Source: Eledone cirrhosa (taxonomy: Eukaryota). Taken from it: 64,000 nucleotides of DNA. The notes beneath the pieces were generated by a model that was not told the origin of the DNA, did not search any database, and was given only the letters and a program-made list of their open reading frames with translations. Of this stretch, positions 26,926 through 38,789 are shown piece after piece. Each line of letters starts with the position of its first letter. The first letter of the stretch is position 1. Location: the NCBI GenBank assembly GCA_964016885.1, contig CAXHJY010000713.1, positions 1-64,000 of the forward strand, read 5' to 3'. The position numbers and the translations under genes were made by a program.

Positions 26926-27668
26926 ATTATTTTGAGCAAATGGGTGCGCACGCGCTGGTCGCCCCGCGGCCCCGGTGGACAGAATAGAGAAGGTGTTCAC
27001 CCGGAGGATGGTGAGGGAGACGCGTTGGCTTTAACTTCCATCCATTCACACTTCCCACTGCTTTCTATCCCCCCTTCCTTCGCCTTTCATTCACAGGAAC
27101 ATTCTTGAACCCCAAACAGGCAGCAGGCATTTAAAAAAAATGGCCATTGACATCGTTGCGGCGAGGAAGTGGCGTGACGCGCACGTCAAAGACAATGAAA
27201 CACCACTCCATTCATAGTTTTCTCAAAGGAACGTTTGAACACATCAAGCAAACAGAAGTCATTTCAAAGATGGCTGTTGTTTCGTTTGCTCAAGAGAGCA
27301 CACGGTAGATGTTAGTACAGGTAATGTGAGTCCTATTTATCTAGTCACCCACACCTGACTGAGTCCTCCCTTGCTTCTCTTTAAGAAGAAAGTATCATCG
27401 GTGCTTAAGAATCGACCGTACCTAGACACGAGTTGGTTGTGTGTGTTTAAATATGAAACTTCGAAGTAAATAGCAATTGTATATATATATATGTATATAT
27501 ATATGTGTGTAGCTTTCTTACAATTTCGTTCTCGCTCTATCTCTCTTACTATATATATCATCATCATCATCATCATCATCATCAGGTTTAGCGTCCGTGT
27601 TCCACGCTTGCATGGGTTTGGACGGGGGTTTTCCCACTTGAGGCAAGAGTGGTTGTCTTGCTCGCATA

Positions 27669-27900
27669 GGACTGTCTGGCGGGTTTTCTACAGTTGGATG
27701 CCCTTCCTAACACCAACCACATTTACAATGTGGGGCTGGGAGGTTTTTACCGTGTTGCCTACACGGCCACATTACAGCGTGGACTGTCTGGCGGGTTTTC
27801 TACAGCTGGATGCCCTTCCTAACACCAACCACATTTACAGTGTGGGGCTGGGAGGTTTTTACCGTGTTGCCTACACGGCCACATTTACAGCGTGGACTGT
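27669..27900. repeat. 112/113-bp tandem duplication in the LINE 3' UTR
   Basis: 27669-27780 and 27781-27893 are nearly identical, followed by GGACTGT microhomology. Confidence 0.9.
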
Positions 27901-28069
27901 GTGTTTTTTTGTCGTGACACCTACACGATCTCATTTGTTTCGGCCTGGATGTTGTGGGACCAACATAACTTTACATTGAAAGGGGCGGTGTGGATGGGGT
28001 GGAGGTGGTGGGACCGGGGGGTGTTTTGATAGAGATGCCTACTGACTGTAGTAGGTTTTTACTTTGTAT

Positions 28070-29623
28070 TTAGGTAAGGCGGGTCTTCTCTATTACTGAG
28101 TACCGCCAAAGGTCTCGGTCCAGTGACATTGTCTTGGAGAGGTGTAAGCGTGTGAGGTCGGAATTTATCAGCTCGTCCCATGTTTTTCTAGGTCTGCCTA
28201 CTCCGTGGCTACCGTCTATCTTTATTGCCCTGCACTTTGTTATACAGCTGTCGTCTTCCATGCGCATCACGTGACCGTACCAACGTAGCCTTCTCTCGAG
28301 TAAACAACATCTGATCCCTCTTATTTCTAATTTTTTCCTTAGTTCGTTTATGCTTTGCCGTTCACGTATATTACTATTGCACATCCAGCGGAGCATGCAA
28401 GCTTCGTTCCTCTCTAGTCTGCGTATATCCTCTGCACACAATGCCCAGGTCTCACTGCCATGCAGCATTGCTGTTCGTATGCAGGCATCGTATAACCTGC
28501 CTTTCATTTTTAGGGAGAACCCTCTAGCGGCTAATAGTGGTATAAGCTCTCTGAACTTTTTCCATCCAGTTCTGACTCTAGCTACTGTACTTTCAGAGCA
28601 CCCTCCCCCACTGCTGATTTTGTCACCCAGGTAACGGAAGCTGTCCACTATTTCTATAGAACCCTCTGCGCAGTTGAAGGAGCTAGTATTTTGTGGGCAC
28701 TTGCTGCTACTTATTGCACCAGAGCACCGGCCACATGTAAAATCTATGGTCTTAGTTAGCTTACCTGTGATCCCACTACATCTTTTATGCACCCATACTT
28801 TGCATTTGGGACATAAAATGGAGTTTCTACCTACGCCTTTCCTACACACTGAGCATGGCCATTTCCCAGATGGGACTGCCGCCTTATTTTCTTTCCTACA
28901 AACTAGAACTTTAGTCTTAGCCAGGTTAATTTTAAGGCCTTTTGATTCTAGGCCGTGCTTCCATGTTTGGAATTTCTTCTCTAGTTCGGTCATTGATTCA
29001 GCTATGAGCGTTAGATCATCTGCGTATAGGAGTTCCCATGGGCAGCCGGTCTTGAACTCCTCTGTTATAGCCTGAAGGGCAATAATAAATAGTAGGGGGC
29101 TAAGAACAGAGCCCTGATGGACACCAACTTTTACGCTAAACTCTTCACTATATTCGTTGTTAATTCTAACCTTACTGACTGTTTCTTTATACATGGCTTG
29201 TATAGCTCTCACAAGCCATTCGTCAACACCTAGTTTTCTAAGAGACCACCAGATAATGGAACGGGGGACTCTGTCGAAGGCTTTCTCCAAGTCGACGAAA
29301 GCTAAGTATAGGGGTTTACTTTTAGTTAGGTACTTCTCCTGTAGTTGTCGTACAATGAAAAGAGCGTCTGTGGTACTTTTGCCTGACACAAATCCGAACT
29401 GCATTTCATCTAGATCAATTCTCTCTCTGATTAGTTGCGCTATTACTTTTTCCGTGACCTTCATGACCTGGTCGATTAATTTAATGCCTCTATAGTTACT
29501 CCTATCTAGGGCATCTCCTTTTCCCTTATAGCAGTTAACGATGATGCTGCTACGCCAGTCCTTCGGAACAACCCCATTCTGTACGACTTGGTTAACTATC
29601 CGGGTGACCATGGTGTGTCCCAC
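28070..29623 (-). CDS. LINE (RTE) reverse transcriptase, C-terminal 517 aa with PHD finger (5'-truncated, no stops)
   Basis: NYRGIKL, QFGF, FVDLEKAFD, GVHQGSVLSP, LLYADD, FRYLG, RLRWYGHV, GRPRKTW, plus a C4HC3 motif CSVC..CPKC..HKRC..CGRC. Confidence 0.9.
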   Translation of the reverse strand: MGHTMVTRIVNQVVQNGVVPKDWRSSIIVNCYKGKGDALDRSNYRGIKLIDQVMKVTEKVIAQLIRERIDLDEMQFGFVSGKSTTDALFIVRQLQEKYLTKSKPLYLAFVDLEKAFDRVPRSIIWWSLRKLGVDEWLVRAIQAMYKETVSKVRINNEYSEEFSVKVGVHQGSVLSPLLFIIALQAITEEFKTGCPWELLYADDLTLIAESMTELEKKFQTWKHGLESKGLKINLAKTKVLVCRKENKAAVPSGKWPCSVCRKGVGRNSILCPKCKVWVHKRCSGITGKLTKTIDFTCGRCSGAISSSKCPQNTSSFNCAEGSIEIVDSFRYLGDKISSGGGCSESTVARVRTGWKKFRELIPLLAARGFSLKMKGRLYDACIRTAMLHGSETWALCAEDIRRLERNEACMLRWMCNSNIRERQSINELRKKLEIRGIRCCLLERRLRWYGHVMRMEDDSCITKCRAIKIDGSHGVGRPRKTWDELINSDLTRLHLSKTMSLDRDLWRYSVIEKTRLT

Positions 29624-29629
29624 CGAACC

Positions 29630-29672
<43 letters not shown>

Positions 29673-29759
29673 AACGATCAACTTTCGTCAAATCGGACCG
29701 AGGGAACAATGTTTCCGTTGGTCTTTCCAATTGCTAATACTATCTATCGGTCGCAACTC

Positions 29760-29890
29760 CAGGTAGAAGGAGCAACGTGAAATAAAGTGTCTTGCTCAAG
29801 GACATAACGCATCGCCTGGTCCAGGAATCGAACTCACAACCTTACGATTGCGAATCTAATTCTCTAACCACTCAGCCACACGCCTTCACT
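29760..29890 (-). mobile_element. SINE family B head and CORE-like segment
   Basis: Minus strand TGGCTGAGTGGTTAGA...GAGTTCGATTCCT...TTGAGCAAGACACTTTATTTCAC. Confidence 0.7.
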
Positions 29891-30151
29891 ATTATATATA
29901 TATATGTATATAACTTTCTTACACTTTCGTTCTCTCTCTCCCCCTCACTACACACACACAAATATATATATATATAGGAGGAATTTGTAGTTTACTGCAT
30001 ATATCCATTTGTCTGTGAAAAACCTTTTTACACTGAAGCATACAATTGCTATTTAAGCAGACAACCATATCACCAAACAAGCGGAAGAACGAAAAGCGGC
30101 GTAGAATATGTAAAGAGAAATAAAAAAAAAATAAAGAAGAAAAAAAAACGT

Positions 30152-30264
30152 TGTCAGAGGTGGGATTCGAACCCACGTCCACATTAGTGGACCAGAATAC
30201 TCAATGTTCTGGTTAAGGTATAAAACCTTGAGTCTGGCGCCTTAGACCGCTCGGCCACCCTGAC
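30152..30264 (-). tRNA. trnL-CAA: tRNA-Leu(CAA), intron-containing, G7:C66 variant
   Basis: 38-nt exon, 29-nt intron, 46-nt exon. All stems pair and a T-run terminator follows. Confidence 0.92.
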
Positions 30265-30693
30265 AGCTAGTGCACTGCGTACTGTTTTAAACTAATGACT
30301 AATGAGTCGAGTAAAACATTTGATTTGATTTTAAAACGCTTATAATATTGTAATGAAAAGAAAACAATAGAAAAAAAAAGCTTATGGGGGTGGGAATGTG
30401 GTGGGGGGAAGACTCTAAACATTTGGCTGGATGGTATATATATAGAGAGAGAGGGGGAGAGGGAGAGAGAGCTGGGAGAGGGAAGGGAAGAGGCGGGGAA
30501 AGGGGGAGGGGGAGGATGGGAGAGAGAGTCATCCTAACGATCACTCTGAATCATAGTTTAAAAAATACTTCCTAAGTCAACTTTACCCGGTGTTTCAAAG
30601 TTTATTTATAGCGGTCAGTTATTATTATAGTCATCTCCGCTGAGACGATTACATTTCAAATATTTGCAACATATATATGTATATATATAAATA

Positions 30694-30739
<46 letters not shown>

Positions 30740-31332
30740 TAATTATATACATATATATGTTATATACATATATATGTTGCATATATAATATATATATATA
30801 GAGAGAGATAAATATACATGGGTGTGTATGATTGTGTATAGAAGACACCAGGGCTATTTCCTCTGGGGAAATGCTCTGCTCCCGATTAGGCGTAAAAAAA
30901 CGGCAGTACTCCAGTAACCGAGGACACTGGAAGTCTCAATGAAAACTTCTCGTTGATAAATATATACAAATGTAGAGGACGTGTGTATGGACCCGTGAAT
31001 CCTGCTGAAGTTGTCAAAACACCGTAGTGACATACGGTGCTTCATGGCTATTCTTTAAACCTGGCGGTGTCCATCCCTCTCCAAGACCAAATACAGCCGA
31101 TTCCTTCCAGGGAAGAAGAGATAGTGATAGATATACTGAACTGGTATTTTTTTTTTAATCAACCTCTATATGATGAAAGCAAAGTTGACATCGGCGACAG
31201 TTCAGCTCAGAAGATAAGCCAGACTGAACACCGCAACGCATTCTATCCGACGTTCTAACAAGCCTTCCAATTCGCAGCCTTATAGATGTATGATGGAGAA
31301 AAATATGTAGAGAGAAATAAAAATAACATTTT

Positions 31333-31420
31333 TGTTAGAAACGTGATTCGAACGCACAGTTAGTGGACGGTTAGTGAACCAGAAATTTAAATGTGTTGGT
31401 TAAAGTAATAGACCTGTGAC
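31333..31420 (-). pseudogene. Highly decayed tRNA-Leu fragment
   Basis: Minus strand ...TTCTGGTTCACTAA...GTTCGAATCACGTTTCTAACA with intron remnant. Confidence 0.55.
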
Positions 31421-31481
31421 TTTCCTTGGAGAGAGTTTTTTTTTTTTTTTTTTTAATGATTGACAGACAATAGTATCGCCT

Positions 31482-31620
31482 AGGCGGCGAATTGCTGGAG
31501 TCGGATAGAATTCTTTATGGTATTCGTTCCGGGGCTCTGAGTTCAAATCCCACCAACGTCAACTTTGCCTTTCATCCTTTCGAGGTCGATAAAAAGAGTA
31601 CCAGTTTAGTACTGAAGTCG
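31482..31620 (+). mobile_element. SINE family A copy
   Basis: GGCGGCGAATTG...GAGTTCAAATCCC...AACTTTGCCTTTCATCC...GTCGATAAA..GTACCAG. Confidence 0.7.
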
Positions 31621-32123
31621 ATTCTTCCTCTATATCTCTTTCTCATTTCCTCTCTCTCACTTTCAAACTTTCTCTGGTAAAAGTCTGCTGTTCTGGGCTC
31701 CGCCAGGCTTAAAATGCACAAGAAACACTGTATGTCAATACGGCAGCTCTACGACTATATCAGGAGTTATGGAACCACACATACAGTAACGCCTAACACC
31801 TACAGTCTATGCAAAAAGGACATTATACTGAATGGTGTAGAATACATAAAGATTAAATTATTGACTTCCACCTTGGACTTGGTGTCGATGTTCTTTTGTT
31901 GTAGACGACAATCACCAATCGATAGTTATATTTTGAATACAAATTTATATATTTTGTTGCTTTATCTTATTTCTATCACATTTCTCTCATATACATTTGT
32001 GGTTTATATATTTATTAGCGTGAAAGTCAGTCTTAGTTTAAACTATTATATATTGTTTTACAAACTGCCAGTGGTTGATGTTTATGCCATTAAGTCTTTG
32101 AAATATATCATTATATATCTGCA

Positions 32124-32236
32124 GTCAGGATGGCCGAGCGGTCTAAGGCGCCAGACTCAAGGTGTAATACCTTAACCAGATCATTGAGTATTCTGGTCCA
32201 CTAATGTGGGCGTGGGTTCGAATCCCACTTCTGACA
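32124..32236 (+). tRNA. trnL-CAA: tRNA-Leu(CAA), intron 32162-32190
   Basis: GTCAGGATGGCCGAGCGGTCTAAGGCGCCAGACTCAAG-intron-TTCTGGTCCACTAATGTGGGCGTGGGTTCGAATCCCACTTCTGACA, matching metazoan tRNA-Leu(CAA). Confidence 0.95.
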
Positions 32237-32707
32237 ATTTGTTTTATGTAATTCCTATATTTTTCTCAACATATTTTACCTCTGAAATATATACATTACT
32301 AGCTTATTTATTTAACCCAATCGCAATAGCAGCGAGTTTTGAATATGTAAAGAGGAATAAATTGGTCTCATACAGGTAAGTTTAAACTAAGACAATGAGA
32401 GCTAAGAACCCAGATGTTGATGACTGAAATGTCTTAAGATACCTAATACTGGTCAGTCATTGCTATAACTAACACGTCTTAAGATACCTAATGCTGTTCA
32501 GTCTTTACTATAACCAAGACGTATTAAAACACATATTAGTGGTCAGCGCTTACTATAACCAATACATCTTAACACACTAAGCTGAAGGGTAAACCTATAA
32601 TTTATTTTATATGTATTCTACACCATACAGTATAATGTCCATTTTACACACTGCCAGTAGTTGATGTTTATGTTCATGTCTTTGAAATAATTCGTTATTC
32701 AACTGTT

Positions 32708-32819
32708 GTCGGATGGCCGAGCGGTCCAAGGCGCCAGACTCAAGGAGTAATACCTTATCCAGAACATTGAGTATTCTGGTCCACTAATGTGGGCGTGGGT
32801 TCGAATCCTACTTCTGACA
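32708..32819 (+). pseudogene. tRNA-Leu(CAA) probable pseudogene
   Basis: 1-nt deletion in the acceptor stem (GTCGGA) and a T-stem substitution. Confidence 0.75.
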
Positions 32820-32982
32820 AATTTGTTTTTGTTTTATGTAATTCCTATATTTTTCTCAACATATTTTACCTCTCAAATATATACATTACTAGCTTATTTA
32901 TTTAACTCAATCTCAATAGCAGCGAGTTTACAATATGTAAAGAGGAATAAACGAATTAAAGACAAAATACAGGTAAAAATAT

Positions 32983-33098
32983 TGTCAGAATTGGGATTCG
33001 AAACCACAACCACGTTTCTGGAGCAGAAAACAAATTCGTTGCTCTGGGAAAGTACTCGCACACTCAGTCTGGGCCTTAGACCGATCGGCCATCCTGAC
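32983..33098 (-). pseudogene. tRNA-Leu pseudogene
   Basis: 5' half retained; anticodon arm, intron and variable arm are degenerate. Confidence 0.8.
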
Positions 33099-33540
33099 AG
33101 TCAGCTTACTGAAAATAATTTTGCAAGAATCATTAGTGACTACGATACTATTGATACTTCACTTGTCATTAGTAATCGATTGCGACTTGGTAGCATGTGT
33201 TATGATTTTGCCAAGAGTTTATGTATTTAGGCTGCGTCAAACCAACACAGACACCCTCCAGACCTATTCTTCCTAGATCTATGAGAACATCCAGGATGTG
33301 ACTGCTGGAAAAAGAGAGGACGGCAAAAGCACAAGGCCGGTACATTCTAAAACACTAGGCCTGTACATTATTTGAGGCAAAATTGACATCGTTGGGATTC
33401 GTGATAAGAAGACAGAAACCTTAAACAAATATTCTGATCTAACGTCTGCCAAATCGGTCTACTGAAATATATGATAGAAACATAAACTAAGTTGAGAGAA
33501 ATAATTGAAAGAGAGAGAGAGAGAAAAAAAAAAGAAACGT

Positions 33541-33653
33541 TGTCAGAAGTGGGATTCGAACCCACGCCCACATTAGTGGACCAGAATACTCACTGTTCTG
33601 ATTAAGGCATTACACCTTGAGTCTGGCGCCTTAGACCGCTCGGCCATCCTGAC
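33541..33653 (-). tRNA. trnL-CAA: tRNA-Leu(CAA), intron-containing
   Basis: Exons identical to the 32124 copy; long T-run downstream. Confidence 0.93.
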
Positions 33654-33734
33654 AACTTATGTAAATCGAGCTAATTCAAAGACTTATGAACATAAACATC
33701 AACTACTGGCAGTGTATAAAATTGACAATAAAAT

Positions 33735-33840
33735 TGACCGAGTGGTTTAAGGCGCCAGACTCAAGGTGTAATACCTTAACCAGAACATTGAGTATTCTGG
33801 TCCACTAATGTGGGCGCGGGTTCGAATCCCAGTTCAGACA
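33735..33840 (+). pseudogene. 5'-truncated tRNA-Leu(CAA) pseudogene
   Basis: Lacks the 5' acceptor strand; mutated 3' end CCCAGTTCAGACA. Confidence 0.8.
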
Positions 33841-34505
33841 AACTTTTGTTTTATGTAATTTCTCTCAACATATTTTACCTCTCAAATATATACGTTACTT
33901 ATTTATATATTTATCAGAGTGAAATTCAGTCTTACTTTAAATAATTCTGTACAAAAACATGTAGTATCTGTTGTATATATGATATGTATGATGTATGATA
34001 TTTAGCAACGCTGCAGATACCTCGCATTGGGGCCCGAACCCAAGTCCTCAGGATTGCCAACAGAATTTCTTAACCAATTCTTAACCATTTCTTTCATACA
34101 CTTAAGGTGACCAATTTGGCAGTCATTTGAGTGTTGGATATTTATTCAAGTTTTCTGTCTTCTAATCACAAACCCGAAGAGTTAACCTTAAAGAATATAC
34201 CAACCTTTTGTTTTAAGTAATATCTATATTTTTCTCAACATATACGTTTCTGAGAATGTGTTTTAATTGGTCTCATTGTGTATTTTAACTAAGATAAGCT
34301 TCACTAAGACACCTAATGCTGAAGACCAAGATATTTCATGACACCCACTGCTGGTCAGTCCTTACTAAGACACCAGGATCAAAATGTAAACTTAGAATTT
34401 AATTTACATGTATTATACACTATACAGTATATTCTCAATAATACACACTACCAATAGTTGATGTTTATGTTCTAAGTCTTTGAAATACACAGTGGTACAA
34501 TGGTT

Positions 34506-34618
34506 GTCAGGTTGGCCGAATGGTCTACGGCGCCCGAGTCAAGGTGTAATGCTTTAATCAGAACTTTAAGTATTCTGGTGCACTAATATGGGCGTGGGTT
34601 CGAATCCCAGTTCAGACA
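34506..34618 (+). pseudogene. tRNA-Leu(CAA) pseudogene
   Basis: Full length but with multiple stem mismatches (CCCGAGTCAAG, GTTCAGACA). Confidence 0.8.
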
Positions 34619-35295
34619 ACCGTATGTTTTTGTTTTTTCTTCTCATTCAATTATTTCTCTCTGCATAGCTTATGTTTCTATCACACAATTAAGGCGACGG
34701 ATTTGGCATTCATTAGAGTTTACTTTAAGGAATACACCAGCCTAGTCCTTCTGTAGTCCTTTCTTTTACGAGATATCACATACTAGATGTTCTCATAGAT
34801 CAAGTAAGAATGGTTCGAGAGAGTGTCTATGTTGGCTTACGACAGCATAGGCGCATAAGACCCTTGGCGAAATCATACCACATACTACCAAGTAATAATC
34901 GATTATTAGTGACATTTGTAGTAGTAATAGTATTATAGTAATTCTATTCTTCATTTTATGTACAGATAACTTGCAACGAACGACGTTCCTGATGTCTTAG
35001 ATCTCATTCAAAAAGAAAAACATTAAGTTTAATTAATAAAACACACTTCTAAAACTTCTATAACGCTTTTGCCAAATATTTTATTCACACAGAGAATGAA
35101 TGTTTGTATTGGTCTCCGGCTGGTGTGTTTTAAGACAAGGGTGCTAAGACACCTAATGCTGGTCAGTCCTTAGCAGTCTTAAACACAAGGCTGGTGGTGC
35201 AAACCTATAATCTATTTTATATGTATTCTACACCATACATTAAATTATCAATTTTACACACTTCTAGTAGTTGATGTTTATGTTTATAAGGCTTT

Positions 35296-35408
35296 GTCAG
35301 GATGGCCGAATGGTCTAAGGCGCCAGACTCAAGGTGTAATACCTTAACAAGAGCATTGAGTATTCTGGTCCACTAATGAGGGCTTGGATTCGAATCCCAC
35401 TTCTGACA
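35296..35408 (+). pseudogene. tRNA-Leu(CAA) probable pseudogene
   Basis: T-stem/B box altered (CTTGGATTCGAA) and a variable-arm mismatch. Confidence 0.75.
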
Positions 35409-35688
35409 AACTTTTATTTTGTTTCATGTAATTCTTATATTTCTCTCAAAATATTTTACCTCTCAAATATATAAATTCTTGTTTATATATTTATCAACGT
35501 GAAATCCAGTCTTAGTTTAAAATATTATATGCAAAAACATGTGGTATATATAAAACATGTCGTATATATAATAACTTGTTTTATGTATTAAAATATTTTA
35601 TACACAGATGTCGCTGGGGTATATTTCAGCCAGTTGGATATTGAGCTATCATACACACATGACATGTTGTAGTTGGTGTATATTTAGC

Positions 35689-35740
<52 letters not shown>

Positions 35741-36189
35741 GTGTATAGTGGTATCTATGGTGCTTCCATAGGTGGTATGCCAAAATTAGCACTCGATATT
35801 CATCAGAGTAGAGTGTAGATATTATAAAGAAAACGAAAAATCAGTGATGCATCTGGACTTAGTTTATTTCGTGTTACAAATGTTTCACTGGCATGTATCT
35901 CGAGTCATGGTTCTTGTATGGATCTGGCTGATTCTACTTCTGCGGGTTCTTTCAGACACGGGTGTTACGTCCGGAGCAAATTTTATCACTGGAGTGTTAT
36001 CATAAAAAAACATCCTCAAAAAACCCTATTTCCACTCTTGACATGCCATTGGCTGTTTTTTCTCCACGTCATCACAAGTTCTGGTCAGTATCTGCTGCCA
36101 CACGGTTCACCAACCATTTTCCGTCCGACACATTTCAATGGAGTCATGCTGGGTTCAGTACGTCTGCTCACACTTCAGAGTAATCACCC

Positions 36190-37068
36190 ACACATAATAA
36201 AATACACACATAACAACACATACACATGCAGACACATACCCATCTATGCATACACACACGTACGCCTACATGCGCAGACCCCCCCCACATACATGGAAGT
36301 ATATATACTCACACACCGTCTCTCCCTCACTTACACGGGCCCATTCACACCCACTTGTTGATACATACCGCCACGAGCCTTCTGACAGCTGTTTACTTCG
36401 AGCTCTGTATCACTTGGGATAAGCATATCCTACTCAAACATACACATATATACATACATCCGCGCGCACATATACATACACACAACCTTCTATACATTTA
36501 AATATCTCTATCTATCTATATATATATACACATTCATACACACACATATATACATACATACATACATACATATAAACACACATGTGTATACACACATATA
36601 TATATATATACACATATACATACATACACACACATACATATATAAATATAAATGTATACTCACACATGTCCACACATACATACGAATACACATACGTACA
36701 TAAACATTACCTACACACGTACATACACACACACATATATATATATTTATATACATATATATACATATATACACACAAAGGAAAAGCGACAACTTAACAT
36801 GCGTACGCACATCCACACATATACATACAATACCCACGCATATGCCGAAATACATACATTTACACATGCATACGCATACGTGTTGCCACATGCATACACC
36901 TGCACGCATGCATATCTGCCTACACACACATGTGCTACCACATATACATATATAAACACACCTGTAAGTGAACAGTTAAAACTACATTATGCAATAAACA
37001 ATATACCACAAAATAACGGTAAATTACCGTAACATAAAAAAATATGCAATGTAATATAATATGCAATA

Positions 37069-37157
<89 letters not shown>

Positions 37158-37545
37158 CCTATTATATATATATACATATATATACACATATATATATACA
37201 CACACACGTACACAGACTCATACATACATATACGGATATATATGGATATATATAGAGGATATGTGATAAAATAATACAACAAGAATAATAGTAATAATAA
37301 AAAAAACATATATAGTCCATATATAATCATCCGCACACATTCCCATGAGATGCACATAAACACATACTTGTATGCACAAATACATATACACACATATAGA
37401 GGCCCGCATATGCATGCACCTGCACCCACCTACACATCCACATATATACACACATACACACACACTAATATATACGTACACTTACCCACCCACACACACA
37501 CACACCTTCTCAAACGTGGCTATACGTACAAACTCACACATACAT

Positions 37546-37585
<40 letters not shown>

Positions 37586-38070
37586 ATAATAATAAATTTG
37601 AAGACTAAAATCCAAAGAGGGCTCGATAAGGATAAATATATATCAAATATATAAGAACCGTATATATGACGTATTATCATCGTTTTTTCCGTTCATTGCC
37701 AGAGAACGTCTCTATGAACCACCTAAGAGAACATTAGTTTACGACTTCTTTTATACCATAAACGTGGTTCTGTCTTTGCGTGTAATTGTTTTTCACCGCT
37801 CCTATTAATGACGTATTATATTCGTTTTTTCCCGTTCTTCGCCAGGCAACGTTTCCACGAACCAAAGTATCGTCTTCCTGTCTTCCTCCGGTTGCAACGT
37901 TTTTTGAAATATCCACTTCTGCGTTTACAGATTGACTTTGTTAGTTTCAAAAGACCCCGTTAAGGGTGAAAGCAGCGATTCTTTGCTTAAACTTTAATCT
38001 GTTATTTTAATATATATATATATATATATTTCGTTTCTGAATTATTGGCAACATGACCCTCCCAAAGTAT

Positions 38071-38154
<84 letters not shown>

Positions 38155-38292
38155 GATATTAATAAATGGAAACTATATTTATAAAACTATATTTATTTCA
38201 TTATACATATCTACTCCCAAAACTTGTCGAGTGCTTTATATCAGTTATAAAATATTTACTTGTTGTATCCCAACAATTTTAAATAGAACTTT

Positions 38293-38327
<35 letters not shown>

Positions 38328-38560
38328 TCATACATAGACACACATGTACACATACCCACGTACACATACACCCACATTCCGCCACATATGTATATATATG
38401 CACATGTCTGCACATACAGGCACGTATAAGCTCGTGCACACACGCACCCATGCCCATACACACACCCCAGCACCCACCCACGTATATATATGCATACATA
38501 CACATCTACTCATACACACAGGCACATATACCCACACACATGTCCACACATAAAAACATG
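36190..38560. repeat. Extended degenerate (CA)/(TA) low-complexity region
   Basis: Visible; interspersed with short unique segments. Confidence 0.85.
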
Positions 38561-38789
38561 TGAACATAAACATAATATGATAATAAAATAAAATAAATAA
38601 ATAAATTGACAATATTTTAGGGTACATTAAAATCTGTATGTAACTGCATAAATAGGTACAAGAAAAGAAGGGGTAAAATAAAGGAACAGGTAAAATAAAA
38701 ATAAAAACGGGGGGGGGGGGGTAGAGGAGAAGGTGCGTGCGTCCATGCGAAATACTACACACAGGTATTATGAGATGCAAACTTGTGTC

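Larger units (their letters stand above)
27558..29631 (-). mobile_element. 5'-truncated RTE-clade LINE with (GAT)n tail, inserted in (TA)n
   Basis: RT ORF, ~490-bp 3' UTR with terminal CCATGCAAGCGTGG hairpin and (GAT)n tail at 27558-27583. The 5' end abuts (TA)n at 29632. Confidence 0.92.

Noticed and set aside
32983-33098. Anticodon-shifted tRNA-Leu(GAG)
   Set aside because: The anticodon stem, variable arm and T-stem are degenerate, so this is a pseudogene.
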